Under the pieces are notes generated by a model. It had not been told where the DNA came from. It saw only the letters and a program-made list of their open reading frames with translations, and ran no database searches. This document shows, in pieces, positions 60,972 through 64,000 of a DNA stretch of 64,000 bases. The position numbers and the translations under genes are program-made. Origin of the DNA: Candidatus Heimdallarchaeota archaeon (GTDB lineage: Archaea; Asgardarchaeota; Heimdallarchaeia; Heimdallarchaeales; Heimdallarchaeaceae); assembly GCA_021399395.1 (NCBI GenBank), contig JAAFKJ010000043.1, positions 1 through 64,000 of the forward strand, written 5' to 3'. Every line of letters starts with the position of its first letter. Position 1 is the stretch's first letter.

Positions 60972-61886
60972 TTACGAGATTATATCCTTGTAATTCTTTA
61001 TTTCTTCTAAAGTTATTGCATTGACGGGGCAAACATTGATGCATATTCCACAAGCTTTACAATAAGTTTTGATGACTCTGACAGAATCTCCTTCTTTATG
61101 GATTGTTCCTTCTGGACAGTGAAAAAAGCATTGCAAACATTGAATACACTTATCCTGATCAATGTGTGCCTTTTCATTACTCCAAGCCCCAGTTATTCTA
61201 GAAACGGCGGCCCCAGGACCTATTATCTGTCCAGATTCTAGTTTCATTTTTGGAATAATGGTCCCAATTGGTAATTCATCAACAGTTGGTAACCATGTTC
61301 GAATTTTAGTGTTATTTCCTCCTCCCTGAGTTTTTCCAAAAACTGTTTCATCATATGCTATTCTTGCTGCTTCAACATTCATTTTTGCCATTCGATTACC
61401 CAAACGTGTTCCAAAAACAGACATGATCCCCTTCTCTAAATCCTCAAAAGTGATAAATTCTGAACTTCTAATCAGAGCTCCTAGCATAGCGCTATTTACA
61501 ACAGGTTGTACTAAAAATTCTTTTGCGATTTTCGTAGCATCAACAGTTGCTACTTGTGTTGGACTAGACAGTTTGATTTGTTCTGGTTTTTTTGGTGAGT
61601 TCAAAACTCCAATCCCTTCTGGCTTTAAACCTTGAACCACATCCACTAATTCAAGGAGAGAATCATCTAAAACAACAATTATGTCTGGTTCATAAATTTG
61701 TGTTCTCTTATAGATCTTCTTATCATCTATGCGTGCAAAAGCTAGAACCAATGCTCCTCTTCTCTCGGCTCCAAATGAAGGTATTGCAATTGCATGTTTT
61801 CCTGCATAAAAAACAGCTTTTGTTAGTGCTCTAGATGCTAAAACGGAACCTGTCCCACCTCTACCATGGAATCGGATTTCTAACAT
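60972..61886 (-). CDS. 2-oxoacid:ferredoxin oxidoreductase gamma-delta fusion
   Basis: IRFHGRGGTG, FGAERRGA, VDAT, NSAMLGA, then two CxxCxxCxxxCP motifs. Confidence 0.92.
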   Translation of the reverse strand: MLEIRFHGRGGTGSVLASRALTKAVFYAGKHAIAIPSFGAERRGALVLAFARIDDKKIYKRTQIYEPDIIVVLDDSLLELVDVVQGLKPEGIGVLNSPKKPEQIKLSSPTQVATVDATKIAKEFLVQPVVNSAMLGALIRSSEFITFEDLEKGIMSVFGTRLGNRMAKMNVEAARIAYDETVFGKTQGGGNNTKIRTWLPTVDELPIGTIIPKMKLESGQIIGPGAAVSRITGAWSNEKAHIDQDKCIQCLQCFFHCPEGTIHKEGDSVRVIKTYCKACGICINVCPVNAITLEEIKNYKDIIS

Positions 61887-61941
61887 CTAGTATCACTATA
61901 GTTCATGACCTCTGGTACATTATAAAAGTGTTGGAAGAACA

Positions 61942-62505
61942 TTACTCGGTCTTCTTAATTGACTCAATATCTGTCTCTGTTAACCATCTATTAAATTCAG
62001 TCGCTAAAGAAACTTCTTTATTTCTTCTCGGTTTCCTGAGTGTTCTTATTTTAGTTTCTAAGGTTAATTTTTCTTGAAATAAAGGTATAATTTTACTCAT
62101 ATCAATAGCATATAAATCGAAAAGAAATGCAATAGGTTTGAAATATACTTGTAAGAATTTTTCAAATTCATCGAAGTAAATCATGAGTTCTTTATGAGTC
62201 TCTCGTGAAACAACAAGATTGACAATGGTAACAGTTTTGCGCTTTAATCTAAAATCTTTAGCATCTAGATTCTTAAGATTCAAAGCAAAAGCGAAAAGAA
62301 AAAGATCATCATCGATTTTAGTAGAAGCTAAACCTTTGATATCTTGGTTTTGCATCATTCCCATCAAAGTAGGATATGTTGTAAGAACGATTTCGAGTTT
62401 CATATCCTCAATATCTGATGCAAAGATTTCAAAACCATTATCCGAAAAGTAAACAATAGCATATCCTTCGATTTTTTGTTTTTCAGTATCTAATAGAGTA
62501 GTCAA
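61942..62505 (-). CDS. Hypothetical protein, putative uDENN/longin-like fold
   Basis: YAIVYFSDNGFEI...FAFALNLKNLDAKDFRLKRKTVTIVNLV, then a helix. Confidence 0.5.
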   Translation of the reverse strand: MTTLLDTEKQKIEGYAIVYFSDNGFEIFASDIEDMKLEIVLTTYPTLMGMMQNQDIKGLASTKIDDDLFLFAFALNLKNLDAKDFRLKRKTVTIVNLVVSRETHKELMIYFDEFEKFLQVYFKPIAFLFDLYAIDMSKIIPLFQEKLTLETKIRTLRKPRRNKEVSLATEFNRWLTETDIESIKKTE

Positions 62506-62603
62506 TCTGCTTCAATGATTCTTCCTCAGTTTATTATAAAAACCCCAATTTGGTTTGTTCTTTTCGGCAAGTTAATTATAGGAGCGTGGCATAAATTAAA
62601 ACA

Positions 62604-63323
62604 ATGGAAAAAAAACTTCTCAAACGAATGGAGAATTTCAAGAATACTCCAGATCGCTTAAAATTCGAATTATTAAGAGAATTGTCCGAATTACCAGAAG
62701 AAGAACATATTACTAATTTTCTTCTCAATGTAGTTGAAAATGAGAAATATGATAGAATTCGAATAAATGCTATTCTTAATCTGAAAAAATATGAAAGTGA
62801 TTTGATAGTTGAAAAACTCAAAATAATCTTCTCATTTGAGCGTGATAAAAGTGTGAGACTTGTAATTGTTGAAACACTTGGAGAAAGAGACTCAGATGAA
62901 ATTGAAGACTTTTTCCAACAAGTTGCTATTAAAGATCTTAATGATATTGTACGTGCAACAGCTATTAGAAAACTCCATGAAAGGGAAAATATAGATCAAA
63001 CCGTAATGCACGACTTACTATTAGATGTTATTCAGAATGATTCTTCTGTTTTTCCAAAACAAATTGCTCTAAGTGCTCTTCCATGTTACGCAACCTCAAC
63101 CACTTATGACAAACTGAGAAATGTCTTCTTCAGAGAAGAAATGCTTCAAATGAAGAAACTTCTTTTTAAAACATTAGAAGAGATATCTACAAAATTTGAG
63201 TTGGATTTGGACGTAAAAGAACCAGGAGACCCTATATTTGAAGACACTAAGAAAGCAAGAAGAAAAAGAAGAAAAGAACGTAAGAAGAAAAAATTGGATA
63301 AAGACGATTATCTTTATTTTTAA
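62604..63323 (+). CDS. HEAT repeat protein with a basic C-terminal tail
   Basis: RIRINAILNL, SVRLVIVETLGE, IVRATAIRKL, PKQIALSAL. Confidence 0.8.
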   Translation: MEKKLLKRMENFKNTPDRLKFELLRELSELPEEEHITNFLLNVVENEKYDRIRINAILNLKKYESDLIVEKLKIIFSFERDKSVRLVIVETLGERDSDEIEDFFQQVAIKDLNDIVRATAIRKLHERENIDQTVMHDLLLDVIQNDSSVFPKQIALSALPCYATSTTYDKLRNVFFREEMLQMKKLLFKTLEEISTKFELDLDVKEPGDPIFEDTKKARRKRRKERKKKKLDKDDYLYF

Positions 63324-63339
63324 TTATGAATCTGGTTTC

Positions 63340-63430
63340 TGAGCTACACACGTTATGAAACTTGGTTAAACTTGCCAGAGGCTTTTTAACCGTCGTCTAA
63401 GGTTGTCCCCTCACGTGTGTTGAGGGGAAG
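63340..63430 (-). ncRNA. omegaRNA 3' part / transposon right end of the adjacent tnpB
   Basis: Hairpin CCCCTCA/TGAGGGG (63407-63427) whose loop is complementary to 63346-63353, forming a pseudoknot; a second hairpin GGTTAAA/TTTAACC (63364-63391). Confidence 0.65.
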
Positions 63431-63999
63431 AGATCGTAAGGAAGAGGAGTACCCTTGAGGGAAGCGATGTTTAAAGCAGCATTCTCGTGAGAGTTGACCT
63501 GTTGACCACATTTTTTACAAGGGGCAACATCATGATGACCTTTAGCACGAGCAATCGTCCCTCCACAACCATAATGTCTGGTGCTGGTATGATAGGGGGG
63601 AACAGCTTCTAACTCTACATCATAGCTTAACTCTAGGGAAGCTAACCAGACTGCTTTCTTGTAAATGTAAAGTTTATCAGGCATGTTATAGATGGCTTTA
63701 GCTAGCGCTCCTTTGGTACCGGTAGGGTCAGCGGTCAACTCCTCAATCTTCAGAGTCTGACACTGTTTCTTCACCATAACTGCAGCTAAGAAGTGAGGAA
63801 GACGACGAGTGATCTCACGGAGTAAACGGCTGCGACGCTGATAGACTCGGTTGAGCTCACCCTTGAGCTTACACGAACCTCGAATATCGTAAACCTTGCG
63901 TTTGTTAAAGAACCCCTTATCTAATTCCTTGAGGACTTTATCTGTCAACTTCTGGTAACGTTTAGCTAACTTTAGCAAATCTGGAGGAAGTGGAACTGG
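63397..63999 (-). CDS. tnpB: TnpB-like RNA-guided nuclease (5' part outside the window), atypical RuvC-III
   Basis: Bridge helix, RuvC-II KIEEL, VPPYHTSTRHYGCG...CKKCG Zn finger, NSHENAALNIA. The frame is open to the window edge and visibly richer in GC than the host genes. Confidence 0.85.
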   Translation of the reverse strand, partial: PVPLPPDLLKLAKRYQKLTDKVLKELDKGFFNKRKVYDIRGSCKLKGELNRVYQRRSRLLREITRRLPHFLAAVMVKKQCQTLKIEELTADPTGTKGALAKAIYNMPDKLYIYKKAVWLASLELSYDVELEAVPPYHTSTRHYGCGGTIARAKGHHDVAPCKKCGQQVNSHENAALNIASLKGTPLPYDLFPSTHVRGQP

Positions 64000-64000
64000 A

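Noticed and set aside
4959-62821. Numerous 60-140 aa ORFs nested in or antisense to the called genes
   Set aside because: Shadow ORFs with no motifs and with composition typical of the antisense strand.

Overview
An AT-rich, gene-dense archaeal chromosome segment. It is most likely from an Asgard archaeon (Heimdallarchaeia-like); this is inferred from the thermosome, archease/RtcB, PDO, PAC2, split gcvPA/PB, ADP-forming acyl-CoA synthetases, TATA-type promoters, and longin-like, HEAT and TPR proteins. Much of it is amino-acid catabolism and housekeeping: hutH, a second ammonia-lyase, hutI, hutU, the glycine cleavage system, an agmatinase-like enzyme, purB, AlaX, YjjX, TatD, a cpGTPase, NifU and parvulin. 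The most notable signals are: (1) two protein-less TnpB-derived omegaRNA-like modules (~9.67-9.83 kb + and ~12.29-12.56 kb -) with compensatory base changes and a pseudoknot; (2) a TnpB at the right edge with a RuvC-III Asp->His change and its own pseudoknotted omegaRNA; (3) an unexplained ~86-nt structured intergenic element downstream of the gcv operon; (4) a nine-gene wHTH-MoxR-DUF58 membrane/surface operon with unusual partners; (5) unusual fusions (thioredoxin-V4R-V4R, PNPOx-like-MenA), a CdvA-like protein paired with a pseudo-MBL, and a uDENN/longin-like protein. All calls come from reading motifs by eye; no database searches or folding programs were run.
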